From Entomortierella parvispora E1425 (taxonomy: Eukaryota; Fungi; Mortierellomycota): a DNA stretch of 64,000 nucleotides. The stretch covers positions 1,302,001 to 1,366,000 of the forward strand of contig BQFW01000011.1 of NCBI GenBank assembly GCA_020891255.1, given 5' to 3'. Below, in pieces: positions 12,501 to 25,984 of this stretch. Below the pieces are notes generated by a model. The model was given only the letters and a program-made list of their open reading frames with translations, had not been told where the DNA came from and did not search any database. The number at the start of each line of letters is the position of its first letter. Within the stretch, counting starts at the first letter, position 1. The translations under genes were made by a program, and so were the position numbers.

Positions 12501-13824
12501 GACCATATGGGGGACAAGCTCAGAGAACATGGCAATCTCTTCCTTTTGATCCTCCTCAATGAAATCGGCCATCTTGCCCAAAGCCAAGATAGTGGTGGTG
12601 CGAACAACCTGCGACTCGGGGTCAACGATGGTGCGGCTGAACAGCTCCAAAAGCTGGCGAAGGTTCTCAGCAAAGGCATCGGTAACCTCAAAGATGGCGT
12701 AGATGACATAGACACCGACCTCACGGTGACCAGCGTTGGCGCTGGAAGAGCACTGGAACAAGAAAGCGAGAAGTTCGTTCCAGGTGTTCTCGGGGATCTC
12801 GAGTCTTCCGACGGTGGCGATCACGCGGGAAGTCGAGTGACGAGGAAGAGGCCTGGCAATGGAAGAAAAGAAATTATCAGCTCCAATGGGAAAATGTAGG
12901 CGTCACTCTCTTGCGTCTACTTCGACATGTGGACTTACTCCTGCTCGTTCAAGATGATCTCCAAAAGCTTGGCCTTGACGGCAGTGCGGACACCCTCATC
13001 CAACTTGGTCCACCAGGACGAGATCTGCTTACGGAGCTCGACAGCGGCGAGTTGACGGATCTGAAAAGATAAAAGTAGCAAGCGAGAACAAGTCAGTATA
13101 TCGATCAGCAAGAGTGAGAGCGAGGTGTGGTAGCAGTGTGGTTATGTTAAAGTTTTCGTTTCGTTTTGTGGGTGCTCTCTGGTCGCGGGTCCAGTGAAGT
13201 CGAGAGCGCGTTGTTTTTTTCTGGTTGTTTTGTTTTTGTTATCGCGAGACTGCAAATGCTGCCGAGGCTGACTGTGCAAGCCTGCTCCTTGAGAAAAGTG
13301 AGTCGGGTTCATAGAAGGTCGTTGCACGAGTCAAGCATAAAAGTTGATTCGGATGCATCCCGTCGTTGTTCCCGCAATGAACACATATTCAACACAACCG
13401 AGATTCATCGTTCCGCGTTCGATCTCGATTCCCGCAGGTCGCGTCATTCCCGTGATTGACCATCAAGCAACAGTAGGGAGAGATCCCACGCTAATTTTAC
13501 CTCCTTCTGGGAAGAAGTCTGGATGATATGGACCAAAGCAGGGACGCAGTTGGCATCGGCAAAGTACTGGTTGCTCAAGGTCTTGGTAGCCTATGCACAA
13601 TCATGAAAAAGGAAGTAATCCAGTAATCCATACAACAGGGTCAGTTCAAATTGGTCCTTGGGACGGGTGGAATCGCATGCGTGGCCTGTGCAGTCAGTCG
13701 ATTGCAAAAGGGCCAATGTCTCAGGTACGGCCTTCAAAGTAGTTACCTCCTTGATCTGGTTGCTGTCGTTGGAGAAGAGGACCTGCTGCAGGGTCTGCTC
13801 GAGACCAGCGACGTATTGCTCCAT
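9527..13824 (-). CDS. KAP123: Importin-beta family karyopherin Kap123/importin-4, ~1046 aa; complement(join(9527..9935,10025..10460,10540..10613,10836..11413,11499..12852,12939..13060,13501..13590,13747..13824))
   Basis: Eight exons with canonical, phase-consistent splice sites. IBN_N-like IRQLAAVELRKQI, HEAT repeats, acidic insert EEEPEDSDEDSPARLA, AIADEKEVAAD, VRSNAAF, ENVTDNACGAVARMI, LPLKLDYEEN. Confidence 0.92.
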
Positions 13825-14842
13825 GGCGAAAGGATTAGAGGATGGGGGAGGGGAGGAGGGACGGAAGGAGAGGAGATGGAGAGCGGAGAAGAGAAGCAAG
13901 CAAGAAGAGGATCTCTCTTTCTTTCAAGGTCAACACAAAAAAAAATAAAAAATAAAAAAAAAGTCCGCGGTCGCACAGAGTCTCTCGTTTGCCCACGTAC
14001 ACAACAAAACGTGACAATCCACGTATGGTGGCGTAGAAACATTGATTAAGGGGCGCAGGTTGAATGAATGGCTGAGAAAAAAAAGGCGGGTAGAGACAGC
14101 GATGTCGGTTGTCAAGAGGACGGACTGGGTAAAGAGGAAGGAGGACGTTTTGTTACTGAATGGCATGCGCACCTAAACATGAGTTGGCCTTGCTGGAATA
14201 TCACCTCCTTGTTGGACTTAGTATGTTTTTTCATTTTTTTGTTTTCACAGCATGAGGTCATGGCAAAGATAACAAAAATCGCTGGGGCACCCTGTGCGCA
14301 AGTTGCAAATGAAACACAAAAAAAAGAGAGTCGAGAGCAGGGTCGTTTGGTCCAAAAGGCAGAACAAGACGAGAGAAAGGCTAGAATGGACGAAATACCC
14401 GGTGTCTTTCACAGCAGCCAATCCACCGCCTCGGCCACTCAACTTTGGCGGCACGAGGAGCAAGAGGAAAAGAGGGAGAGCTACCCAATGGCAATGGTGG
14501 TGAAGGTTAACCGCTACGATCGAAGAGGATGGAAGGCAAGGGAAAGACAGGCGGGTGTGATCATAAATGGCTCAAGGTTGCTTCTTCGCCCCACTCCTCT
14601 CCCAACCCCCTCCTTCCTTCCTTCCCTCCTGCCCTTGCTGTCAACGCCACTTTCTCTCCTCGCTGATCCTTTATCTTTTCTTTTCTTCTCTTCTCCATTC
14701 TCTTCCTCCTTCTTCCCGCCTCTGCTCACACCCTATCGGCGTATACTATTTTGTTTGTTCTCCACATTACACATCGCGTGTTTATCTCTCTGTTTGGATC
14801 TCCCTCGAAGCTTTTCGCACGTAACACCCACTGCAGTTCAAC

Positions 14843-16318
14843 ATGTCTCGTCCCCAGGGCCTCACCTTCGAAGCGCTCGGCCAACGGACTCTACCCCTGA
14901 GTCGCCCAAAGGTCTTCAGTCTTGACCCCTCCGAGAACGAGGACATGATGACGGACGCCTGCACTCCCCCTCTCGATCTTGGCTCGGATTCTGGTGAAGA
15001 CGACTATTGCACGGAAATGCGCTCACCCTCTTCTCCTCCTTCAGTGAATTCGATTCCTCACTTTCGTAAGCGAAAGGATTCGCGAGAGCATCTCTCGACC
15101 GCCCACCACCTCTTTGACCGCAACCAAGAGCTACAGTTGCAGCCGCCCAACCGAGTTGACGACCGGTTCTTTGCACCGCCTTCTTTGGGAAAGACAAACG
15201 GTGCACAGGGCCGTCGACCAACTGTGACCTTTGAAGTCGATTCGATTCCAACGGCTGGTCGTCGCTGCCACTTTCGTCATGATGATGACGATGATGATGA
15301 TGATGCATTGGACAGTGATCGAGACGAAAGCGAATGCCAAGACGATACTGACTACCGTGATAAGGATGACAAGGCAGTGCCCGACTCGCTTCTCCAGGCA
15401 GAACGAGCTCTTCGCTGCGTCTCCCTCACGCCTTTGGTGGACTTGGCTCAAGAACCAAATTGCGCTGATAACGAAAAAATTGATTCTTTAGCGGATGAGC
15501 CAACGCTAGCATGCAGCACCGACTCCACAGCCTCGATAACCTCAGCGTTGTCCAGTTCCACAACGGCAAATGCAGATGAATCATCTCTCTCCACAGAGAC
15601 GGGACCATTGACAACAACATCAACAACAAACGAAAATAGTGCCCCCAAAGAAATCATTCTGAACCACATTCTAACTGAGGCTGCCCCCCAAGACATGCTT
15701 GTGGCCTTGATCGATCGGTCTTCCGAGTTGGAGGCGCTGGCCGCCTTCCACTCTGACTTTTTCCGACTTCTTTACGCGAGCATCTCAAGCTCGAGTCGGG
15801 AAGCGTTCAAGACCTTACTGTTCTCACCTCGATCGCAGATCTGTGATAAGGAATGGATGCAGACTATTGCGTCCGAGCCGTTTCTCTTGGGCCATCCTTG
15901 TTTGCTCGAGAAATTCAAGGCTCTTGTGGGTTGGATCGGGCCTGACGGTGATGTGGACGATGAATCGGACGTCCAACTGTGGGGTGAGGACGAGTACTGC
16001 TATCGCGACTCGTCGCTTGAACAAGTCCAGATCAAGTGGCTACGCGATTTGGAAGACTTCCCCATCGAAACTTTTGAGGAATACTATCCTCAGTTCTTTA
16101 TCAACGCACGCGAGAAACTTCAAGGACGGAGGATGTCGCATGGTGGTGACAATCGAGACCACTACGTGATCTTCCGCGAAACCTTGCAGCTCTCGAGGAA
16201 AGAATTGGCGTGCGATAACGCTTGGACGCGGAGGATGAACGGATGTTTGGAGAAGCATCCCGAGTTGTTACTGCAGCTGAAAGAGATTGTGGCCTATGAA
16301 GTTGGCTATGACGACTAG
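14843..16318 (+). CDS. Hypothetical protein, 491 aa, single exon; acidic disordered N-half, C-half with two ~40-aa helical repeats
   Basis: Long ATG-initiated ORF with coding-like composition. Internal repeat FKTLLFSPRSQICDKEW...LLGHPCLLEKFKALV versus FRETLQLSRKELACDNAW...LEKHPELLLQLKEIV. Confidence 0.8.
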   Translation: MSRPQGLTFEALGQRTLPLSRPKVFSLDPSENEDMMTDACTPPLDLGSDSGEDDYCTEMRSPSSPPSVNSIPHFRKRKDSREHLSTAHHLFDRNQELQLQPPNRVDDRFFAPPSLGKTNGAQGRRPTVTFEVDSIPTAGRRCHFRHDDDDDDDDALDSDRDESECQDDTDYRDKDDKAVPDSLLQAERALRCVSLTPLVDLAQEPNCADNEKIDSLADEPTLACSTDSTASITSALSSSTTANADESSLSTETGPLTTTSTTNENSAPKEIILNHILTEAAPQDMLVALIDRSSELEALAAFHSDFFRLLYASISSSSREAFKTLLFSPRSQICDKEWMQTIASEPFLLGHPCLLEKFKALVGWIGPDGDVDDESDVQLWGEDEYCYRDSSLEQVQIKWLRDLEDFPIETFEEYYPQFFINAREKLQGRRMSHGGDNRDHYVIFRETLQLSRKELACDNAWTRRMNGCLEKHPELLLQLKEIVAYEVGYDD

Positions 16319-17232
16319 GGGGATTCCTCCCTTTGTTTCTCTCTCCGCTCTCATACCCACCTTTCATGATTTTGCTCTAACAATAGTTGTCCATACCATT
16401 AAAACAAACGTCCTCGATCCATAATAAAAAAACAAATGAAAACTCGAGAAAACCTGGTCTCCTTTGACCTTCATGTTTATCAAGGTCAGCCTGTGCTTGT
16501 GCAGTAGCTGCAACGTCGCCGCACGTGGCGCATGGTGGCCCGAGAGCAGCAAGGGTGAGAGGATCCGAGAAAAGAGGACGAGGGACATGGGTCAGGTGGG
16601 GATGGTGAGCACGACCACCTTTTTCTTTTTTTGCTGTTGGGCCGAGGCCTGCCTGACGACTCGTGGATGGTCATCACCTCACCCCACGGTTGCACCACAG
16701 CTGAAGAATAGGGGAACATGCACAACAGGACATGAACACCTTCATTTTTTTAAAGGACACGACAGGGAGATAGAAGAGAGCCCAAGGATTAATGCCCTTG
16801 AGACATTGGCCCACACGATCGCCCAGGCACCACTTTCTTTATGTCCTTTCTCCCTCTCTCTTCTAGAAAGTCCCCTTGGCCCCGTTTCTCAATCGTTAGA
16901 AATAAAGGAGAACAGCTAATTATCCAAAATAGCAAGGGCGTGTGCATAGTATGATATGATATGGCCGTTCGTTGGCCTTCAAGCCTTCCGTAATAACTTT
17001 TTTTGTCAACAAAACCGGTCCGACTGAAAAACGGGCACAAGAACGAACAGGATTGCTCCTTTAACTCCTCTTCTTTTCACTTCTTTTTACCGTTCACACA
17101 CTTCCCACTCAAGGACTAAATCACCTACCCTTGGACTGGCCTGTTTGTCCCTTCCCTCTCCCCACTTCCCCGTCTCCTCTGCGCCCACGTCTCTTCCACC
17201 CTCGGCCGCTCGTGTCTAAGACCGCTATATCA

Positions 17233-19759
17233 ATGCAGTACGAAAACAAAAAGACCATTGAGCCGAGTACTGAAATAGACTAAAAAAATTGGTTGTTTCC
17301 GTTCGTTCTCGAGTCCTTTATGTTCTCAAAGAACTAACCAAAATAACGCTGTTTGTAGGTTCCATGTCATGGATGAATCCTTTCAGACAGAGGCCGGACG
17401 GCCTCATGATTCGAGGATGAAGAACACTGCCGATGGAGACCACCTCTTGCGACGACATCAGCAACAAACTCTTTCATCGACACACATAGCACCCCCGAAT
17501 ACGCCGGCAGAGTCTTCCTCACAACAGACTTCACGACGCAAGTGGCGTCATTCTGGTTACGCCACTTCAACCTCCCGGCGGTCCTCCACTTCCACACTTC
17601 ATGGTATCCACAATTTGAGATCTCTGGATGAGGAAGCAGAAAAGGAAGAGGCGGAGGAGGAGGAGGATGGATCAACCAGGACAAGCACAGATCCAGCATT
17701 TGCAAGAATTTGCTCTCTGCTCACCCACCTCCTTACGGATGCCTCGATCGCCGTAGGTGGACCAGATGCAGAGGAGACATTAGGGTCGCAATCAAGTCTT
17801 GTTCTGTTGGACAATGATGAGACAGAGGGGTCAGAAACAATGAGCGACATGGACCAGGACGATCTGGTTGTCAAGGAGGTCAGGAACATCAAGAACAATA
17901 GCACCGACTCTGCGACACAATCGGCGTTGCCAAGGCTTAGTAATGAGGCAGAAGAAGGAGAGGGATCAAAAAAGAGGGGGCTCTACAAGGATAACCTAGG
18001 CAGAGGAGGCGCTGAGCGCCACTTTGAGCGGTGGAGTTGGGCAGCAAGTACCCACGCAGGCAACCTTGGCAGCTCCAGGAGGAGGCGATCCTGGTCAAGT
18101 AGGATGGTCAAGGGGCAGAGTTTGTTTCTAGAGTTGCAACAATCAATCCAAGCAAATGAACCACCCCCAAGCAACGATGAGGCTACTGTCCACGATATCT
18201 GGAACCACAGTGGGAACAGTAATGTTTGGGAGGATGGAGCACCCACAATGGATTCAAGATATCAACATCAGATGGAATCGGCCCCAGCCCTGGATCCCAA
18301 CTCATCATGGACGTCTCAGCGAGTGCCTTTGAAAACTCCACGACGTTGCGCAAGTTTCCCGCCTAATCCCAAAACAGAACGACTTCAAAAGCAAGAGCAG
18401 CAACAACAGCATACAGAGGAGCTCCAGAGGGTGATTGAGCGTGTAGAGTCCGAACTGAATCATACAGTGGAGACAATCGATGGACTGACAAAGGACCTGG
18501 TCGCAGTGGCAACACATCAGCAATGGGTTCACATGAATCTACAGCAGAACTACTTTCGGAGGCTTGCTCGGCATCACAATAGCGCATCGATGCCTGCAAA
18601 TCCACTCCTTCGACAGTCGTTTTATTATGATTCGCACTCAGGTTCGTTGGCTAGAACAGCCGTGGTGCCAAGATGGACCATAGGAGATGCACAGGCCCGT
18701 GAACGAGCTCGATCTATGGATAGTTGGGCCGAGCCCGCGTGCTTTGCCCTGTCTTCATATTTTCTGGATGAGGACTACAATGGGACAAACGATCGAAATG
18801 ATGACTCTATGCCATCAACGCTACAGGGACAGGGTGCGACGGAGGCAATGAATATCCTAGGGTCTATGTTTCTGGACAACGACAGCGGTACCCCTCAGGA
18901 TCATCACCAACAACCGAGTCCTGGATTCTTTTCGGGGGTGGAGCGCCATGAAGGATGCGAAGATGCCATGTCTTTAAAGCGCCAGAGCAATCGATTCTCG
19001 AAATCCTCGTCTGCTTGCACGCTTGTCGACGAGAGCATGTCCCATTCCACTCACCCATTGGCGTTTCCGACCAATTCTTCCTGTCGAGACTATGCATCCT
19101 CAAACATCTCCACCGAGAGCAAGACTGAGCAGCCCCAGGTATACCATGGGAAGAGCGAAATGGAAGGAGATACAGGACCGCGTAGGACCCTGTGCTCTCT
19201 GGACGCCGATCAAGGCTGGAACTCCGAAGAGGCGACATCAACCAATCCTGAGGATTTCTGGGTGTTTCTTTCATCGTTAATCATGTACCTTTCGCAGGCG
19301 CCTGTCAGCACAGAAACACCGATCCCGGTGCGGTCGTCCACACCATTGTCGGGCATGCCTACATGGACAACTACTCTGGCGGATTTCACAACAGTTTCTT
19401 GGAGCGAAGATCAAAAGCTTCTGTGCACGGACCTGACGCCACCAAAAACGAACAAGCTTTTGAGGGAAACAACAACAACAACACCAACACCAACAGCAGT
19501 CATGGCTATTCGAGACGATCCAGAGCACCAGGAGAAGCGACGCTTGTTGATGGCCAGAGCTGCCATGATCACGACCTTCCAACTCTTTTCTCTTCTCTTT
19601 TGGACGCTGATGTTCAGCATCGCGACAATGCTTCTCGCCCCACCTCTCACGAGAGTAGCCAGGCGAAGGATCCTTTACACGATGGATCACATCATTGTTG
19701 AGCTGACCAACATGGAAACAAAGGATGATACACAAGAGAACACAGCTCTGTACAAATAG
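17233..19759 (+). CDS. Hypothetical protein, ~800 aa, with coiled coil and C-terminal TM helix; main exon 17359..19759, probable 5-nt first exon 17233..17237
   Basis: 796-aa ORF. Coiled-coil-like TEELQRVIERVESELNHTVETIDGLTKDL and hydrophobic MITTFQLFSLLFWTLMFSIATMLLAPPL near the end. Branch ACTAAC (~17333) and TTTGTAG acceptor at 17358. The start is uncertain (ATG 17369 is the alternative). Confidence 0.75.
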
Positions 19760-20143
19760 CCAAAAAAAAAAAAAAAAAAAACAGTGAAAAACCCGCGTCC
19801 GAAAAATATACCCTATTTTCTACTCTTTCCTTTGGTTTCGAGGTTTAAAGCCATTCAAGAGAAAATGCTGGGCAAAACAGTCCAGCTTCGAGAAGAATCT
19901 TTTTTTTTTGTTGGATGTTGTCGATGTTGTTTATTGTAGTGTACAAATGGCATAGAGTGGTCTCCTTGCTCATCATAGTGGTCGCCCTGCTCGATCCGAA
20001 TGCGTGTTTTTTCCCGTCAGGGTCATGCAGATGCGCGAAATGGCTGGTATTTTTTGTTGTTGTCGTTGTTGCTGCTCCTGCTCTTGATCCAGGAGAAGTT
20101 GATTACGTTGCAAGAATGATCCTGGAATGACGCTTTTTGTCGT

Positions 20144-22156
20144 TTACTCAGACTTCAAGTGTGTGTTGTTGGTGGAGCTCTGATGGTACCATGCTTCAGG
20201 CACCACATCCAGTTGACGCCCAATGCTTCCGAAACAGACTGAAGACGAGTACAGAATACATGGGATCCAGGATCCAACCCCGAAAAAGTCGGCTCTCGTA
20301 AAACTAATAGAAAAAAAAAAAGAGAGAGAGAAAACAGGGGTACGCCGAAGCAGGTTAGCTCAGTATATCGAAAAAGCAGGTTGTGGTTTCCCAGTTCCCT
20401 GTCTTGTTCTTTTGTGTAATCATCTCTGTCCTCTTGTAACCATGAGAGCGGGAGCAGAATGAACAAGCGCAAGCACATGAAAAAAAAAATATGCGAGCAA
20501 AGCGAGAAACAACAACCGGGTCATGATTCCGCACATCGTGGAGAAGAGAGGGAATGCGTAGGCCGCAGATGGTTGTTGCGCTCGGAGGAGAGGAGAGGGG
20601 AAATCAAATGGGAACTAAAAATCCTCCGCTCGTTCTTTTTTCCACTAAACAAAAGGTGGACCTTGCAAAACATGCACTTTACCTGTACCATCCATTGAGA
20701 ACCAGGAAATAGGCCACGGTCGTCCCAAAAGACGCCACTGTCAACGAGATCATGAATCCGTGGAAGGTTCTGTCGAAAAGGAACCAAAGAGCTACAGAGA
20801 TCAACGCCAATGTGCAAGAGACCTGCAAGCTACTCGTCCATGGGAGCTTTGATGCTGCGTAGTTGACTCCAATGAATCCTCCCAAGCATCTATATGAGCA
20901 AAGCCAAGGATAGGGTGTTAATAAAAGACTCGTCCTCAGTACCACGTAGACCTTCTCTGGTATTGTTACAGTGATGCAATAAAACGTGGCAACAGCCCAT
21001 CTATTTTTCTTTACCTCATCACACTGGACCAGTCTCGGCTGGTACTCCGCCGCACTTGTCTTCCCCACCAAAGATAGTCTCCGAGTGGGTAGATTGTGCC
21101 GATCAGGACCGCAGACGCGCCACAGGTCGGAGGAAGCCACGAGGCGGTGTCCCAGAGTCGTGGCATGGTTCCTGGATACTCGACCAAATGATGCTGCGTT
21201 TGCAAGTGGTCGATGATGAGCGAGAAGACAAAGCCGAGAATAAACAAGATCATGGCCCGGATGGGGTAGTAAAGCGACAGTGTCAAGTCAAACACAAAGA
21301 GGTAGGGTCCATCCGTGGCGATTCTTGAACCTGTGCCCTGTGACTTTTGGTGTTGTGGGGATTGCCGCGTCGCAGAAGAGGACGAGGACGAGCTGGAAGT
21401 GTCGCTCTCGACACCGCTGGTTTCGATCCTGGTGGCCGTCTCTTGCACTGCTCTTCGATGCAGTTGTTGCTGATCCCGAGTCAGGGCGCGATCAAGGTGA
21501 TCGTCAATTGAGGTCATGGTCAATTCCGATGAATCTTCTTTGCCGCTGTCACTGCCACAGTCCGAGAATGTCGGCGAGTTGGAATTCGAGGAAGACGAGG
21601 AAGACGAAGAGTAGAAAAGGGACGCTGTCGGAGAAGTAGACAGGTCGTGTTGTTTTTGTTGCTGTTGCTGTTGTTGTTGAATGGTGAGACTGGAAATGAA
21701 CTTTTGGCGCTTGGAGTAGTAATTCTTTGGTCGAAGGTAGAATGAGCCTGCGGGAAGAGTCGAAGAAGTGGGCAGAGAAGAACAGGTGGAGGCCAAGGAA
21801 CTTTTGTTTAGAGGGTGGTCCAGTCTGGAGGTGGTGCAACAATAGGAGCGACAAGTCTGGGTTGCACAGGAAGCACGGTCTGAAGAATGGTGACTCTTGA
21901 ACTGCTGTTGTTGCTGTGCCGATCCTGTTGGGGAGGATAGTGAGGACGATGGTGAGGATGAAAGGAAGGGAAGATAAGAAAGCAATTGCTGCAAAGTGAA
22001 AGGGGAATCAGATGAGGACGCCTCGACGGCGACGGCGGATCGGGGTTGGATTGCAGTGGAGGAAGAGGTCGAGGAAAGAGAAGAAAGGGAGGACTTTCTG
22101 TTCAGGCCCGAGCTGGACTGGACCATGGCCGCAAAGGCTCTGCTTTCGGCCGACAT
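20144..22156 (-). CDS. INSIG: INSIG/Nsg1-family ER membrane sterol-regulatory protein, ~502 aa; complement(join(20144..20303,20683..20889,21015..22156))
   Basis: Spliced product gives ILFILGFVFSLIIDHLQ...SWLPPTCGASAVLIGTIYPLGD...DWSSVMR|CLGGFIGVNYAASKLPW...LWFLFDRTFHGF...WIPCILYSSSVCFGSIGRQL, matching INSIG family motifs. Splice phases are consistent. Confidence 0.9.
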
Positions 22157-25100
22157 ATGAAAGTGAGGGAGGTGACGAAGTTAGCTGGGAGGATAAACAG
22201 GATAAAGGGGACAGGGGCGGTAGCGATGTGTGGAAAGGGGGGTGTGGGCGGTTTTATTTGCGGGTTAGAGCTGAAAAATCCGAGGTGGATGGGAGAAAAA
22301 GGTGGAGAGTTGACAGCAGTGTTGAAGAAGAAAGGTGAAAGGGAAGAAGGAAAAGATGAAAGGGTTGCCGCGCAAAAAACAATGGAAGGTTGTGAGAAAG
22401 ACAGAGGGAGGGAGAGAGAGAGAGAAGAGAGAAAAGGATAACGAGGATTAGGTGTTTCTCCTTTGTCGGTTCTTTATATTTGTCTCCCTCCAATCTATCT
22501 GTGCATGAAAGATGGAGAAGGACGACAACAGCAGATCTTTTCTTGGGCGATGCATCGATGCAATGTTGTTGTTTGTTTCTGAGGGAACGACGGACTGGCG
22601 GACGTGTGGCCTGACACGCCATCTGTGCCTGAGCCAACACCGACCCCAGGCTGATCTTCAAATTTTCAAGTACGGTAGTTCGATTTTGCGTGTGGCCTGA
22701 TCCGTGGTCTGCTCTGGTCCCGTCTGACTGGCTGCCTGCTCTCAGGCCAGACCTTACCTCTTTTTTGTTTGTTTTTTGTTTTCATTCCTCTCTGCGTCCC
22801 TCCTTCCTTGCATTGTGGGCTGCAAATAATTGTCTGTGGAGGAGGAGAATGGGATCGGGAGGGGGACAAGGTCATGTCACCCTCCCATTCTCCAGCGGAA
22901 ATAAGGGGCCAAGCAACGGTCGCCTGCTGCTGTTGTGTATGGTGGCTCAAAGTAATAAATACTCTCCTTCCCCCTTCCCCTGTGCCTGGACCTTGTCCGA
23001 TCCTCTTCTCCACATCTTGGCATGTTGATTACTCTATGCGCAACAGGTGAGGAACAACACAGCTCACTTGATATCAAAAGACAGAGAGGGAAGCCCAGCC
23101 TGGCACTTGATTGTCAATACCACACAATGGGTCGATCCTCTGGCTCTGCAATAAACTCTCGGCTGGGAATCAGGCAAGGCGACTGCGCGTGTGTGAAACA
23201 AGCGGGAACCGGATACAAAAATATGATTATGACCACAACTGTCCATCATGTCCCGTTCATGGTAGGGCAACAATCCACGACAATAAAAAATAAAAAAAAC
23301 CTTGGTCGCAATAAGAATACGGCTGCTACGCTGAGCCCAACTAGTTGTGCTACTTTTCTTTGAAAAACGGACTGAATGTTTGGGTTCTTGGGCTAGAAAT
23401 CTCTCAGGCGATCTCTAAAGAAGTTGGGCACACCCCATACAAGCAAGGCATTGGAGCTCACTATGACTTTTCATCGCATTCGTCATTCGGAGGATCGAGT
23501 CTACCTCACGCCATCTCGTCTCGTAGAGTCCAACCCATGACCTGCTGGACTTCAACCTCAGCTTGTGCACGGTCTTACCGGCGATCTATGTCAACGGACT
23601 TCGATCCACCAACAATCATGGGCAAAACACTGCTGTCTTGCTTGGCCCAGGTTGTATCCCGAGAGCGAACAATGCAAATCCATCACGGACAATCGACTCG
23701 ATGGGAGTCAGCACTTCCTCCATACATCGCTGATGAATAAACTAAATGTAAATGTTCTCCATGTAACGACTCGCTTCAACACTTGGACTCAACGAGGCAG
23801 CAGGGTTCATGAAAAATGAAGCAGCACTCCGTTTCAATGGGTAGATTGCAGGCAATGAACAATGCAGGCTACATTTGATATGAGTATTGTAGATCCATGT
23901 CGCGACATGTGATCGTTGAAGACGACTCGCATGCGCTAGGCATCTAGGCAACATGGGACTGGTGAACGAATGGTAACTGGGAGACGGTGATATCAGATAC
24001 AGGAACCAGGTGGAATGTTTTCAGTGGCCTGATTGGGGATCTTTACACAAAAAGTTTCTTCATGTTGGTCCGACTTGGATCCTGTCGTACGATTTCCTTT
24101 GGTATGAAAGTCCACGCTAACGCATGCGGTGGACTTCCTGCGTTGACGAGGTACCGTCGCTGATCTTCCACATGAAATACCCCCTCGTTTGCTAAATTGT
24201 TTTTTTTTTGTTCAGGCACAGCACAAGGGAATTGAAGGGATCTGCTGGTCCAGTTTGTTTCAAGACATAATCTGTGCGCTACCTCCTGCCTTTTGCCGCA
24301 GCCCCACCAGCTCTGAAATGAACAGAAGGAGCGAAAACACGAAAAGGTTGCATGTTGGATGGGAGGCACAACAAAGAGAAAAAGAAAAAGGCCGTGTCTG
24401 ATTGGCTGAGAGCCATCAGGCGAGGGTTGTCCCCCTGTGCAGAGAGAATGTGCAAATAGCAGGGGATTCTTGAGTATTCTATCTCTAATCGCATGCTTGC
24501 TTTTTTCAAACGCGTTCTCTTCTCTAGGTGCAGAAAACCTTGTGAGAAAGCAAGATCGGCCATTTTTCCTTCCTTCTTCAAGGTCTCATTCATACCCCAC
24601 AAACGCTCTCTCGCATGATGCGAGTGAGAGGGGCAGGGAGGGGGGCTGATCAGCTTTGCACAACAACACAGCATGTGCGGAAGCCAAAGATGCCAATTGA
24701 AACCCAGGCATTGTGGTTGACTGCCGCTTCTGCTGAGCTTGCTGAGGCGGGTCTCACTTCATCCAGCCTGAAATGGAAGACGGCCGGTGATGCAAGCTGA
24801 GGATGCAAAAGTAGATCCGTGTGCTTTCAAAGGGCCCAATGGAACTTAGGAGTGGACCCTCGATCCCACAGCAGATCGAGGCTCCTTTTCTTCCCCCCGC
24901 CCCCTGTCGACAAAAAAAAAGTAGATAGTCAGAATCTTAGCGCTCAAATCAACGCAGCGTCTGCATGATTGTTGTCAGATCTTTCGTCATGGACGCCCAA
25001 ATCGATCGAGCCCATCCCACGCGACTTTTTGGCCGTTGTACAAAAATAAAAAGGAAAAAAAGAAGAATTCTATTGCTGTGGAGAGGGCTCATTAGCTTCC

Positions 25101-25984
25101 TCCTCCATGGCTAATCATTTATTCATTTCTGTCGGGTACCCGCTGTTTGATGAAAAAAAAGGTCGTGTGGGAGAGCGGGGTTCTATTATGATGCATGGGG
25201 GTGCCGATGTATCGTTGTATATAGCAGAGGACGGGTTCAGCGCTGCAACATTGCCAATGATGACGACGCACCCTCATCGGGAGGGGTTTGATGTGCCGCT
25301 CATGTCCGAATGGCCGTTTAGCGATAAAATTTCCTTGTTTTGAACTGGGGGTGTATGCACTCCACAGGAACACCGCTGGTGACTGACTGGTCCGTCTAGT
25401 CCCTGACATTCCAATGGTACCCTGTTGCAGGTAGCCGTTTTTGTAGACATATTTTTAACATGCAGAAGCCCCCCTTTGTGGCAAGGCGGCTGTCTTTTTG
25501 AATCGAGGGACGGTTTGAAATTCCGGTTTGTCCCCATATTGAGATGCATTTGTATTGTAGAAGCCATTATTGTTGTGCCTTTTCCTCTCCCTCCCCCAGT
25601 TGAGGGATTTGCCTGCGTCGACAATAAGTTGGACCGAACATCCCGCTCGCTGCTCTCTGACCCGGGTTTCGTATTTCCGTTCATTGATCTCATTGCCCAA
25701 CTGTCACCCGGTCTTGTCGCGTTTTCTTCTCTTGTTTCTTTTAAAAAGGGCCCTTTTTTCGTTTGCTCCTCTCTTCATTCTTCTCCTGTCCCTTTTGTTG
25801 TCACCAGTCACCTTACTACCCGATATTCCCATCCTTCCTCACCCTCTTCCTTCCCCCACATCTACCTCAAGGCACACACTCTATCTACTCTTTCATCCAT
25901 CTCCGCACATTCCCTCTCTCCCCCGCTCGCATACCTTTCCTACCTCTTTCTTTTACTCTCTCTCACCCACAACACATCACAGGC

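Noticed and set aside
10249-12899. Plus-strand ORFs up to 437 aa (11586..12899) over KAP123
   Set aside because: Antisense shadow of a highly codon-biased gene; no start context or domain features.
22700-25400. Short ORFs between INSIG and the sugar porter (e.g. 23345..23740)
   Set aside because: No recognisable motifs or consistent exon chain; treated as divergent promoter/UTR DNA.
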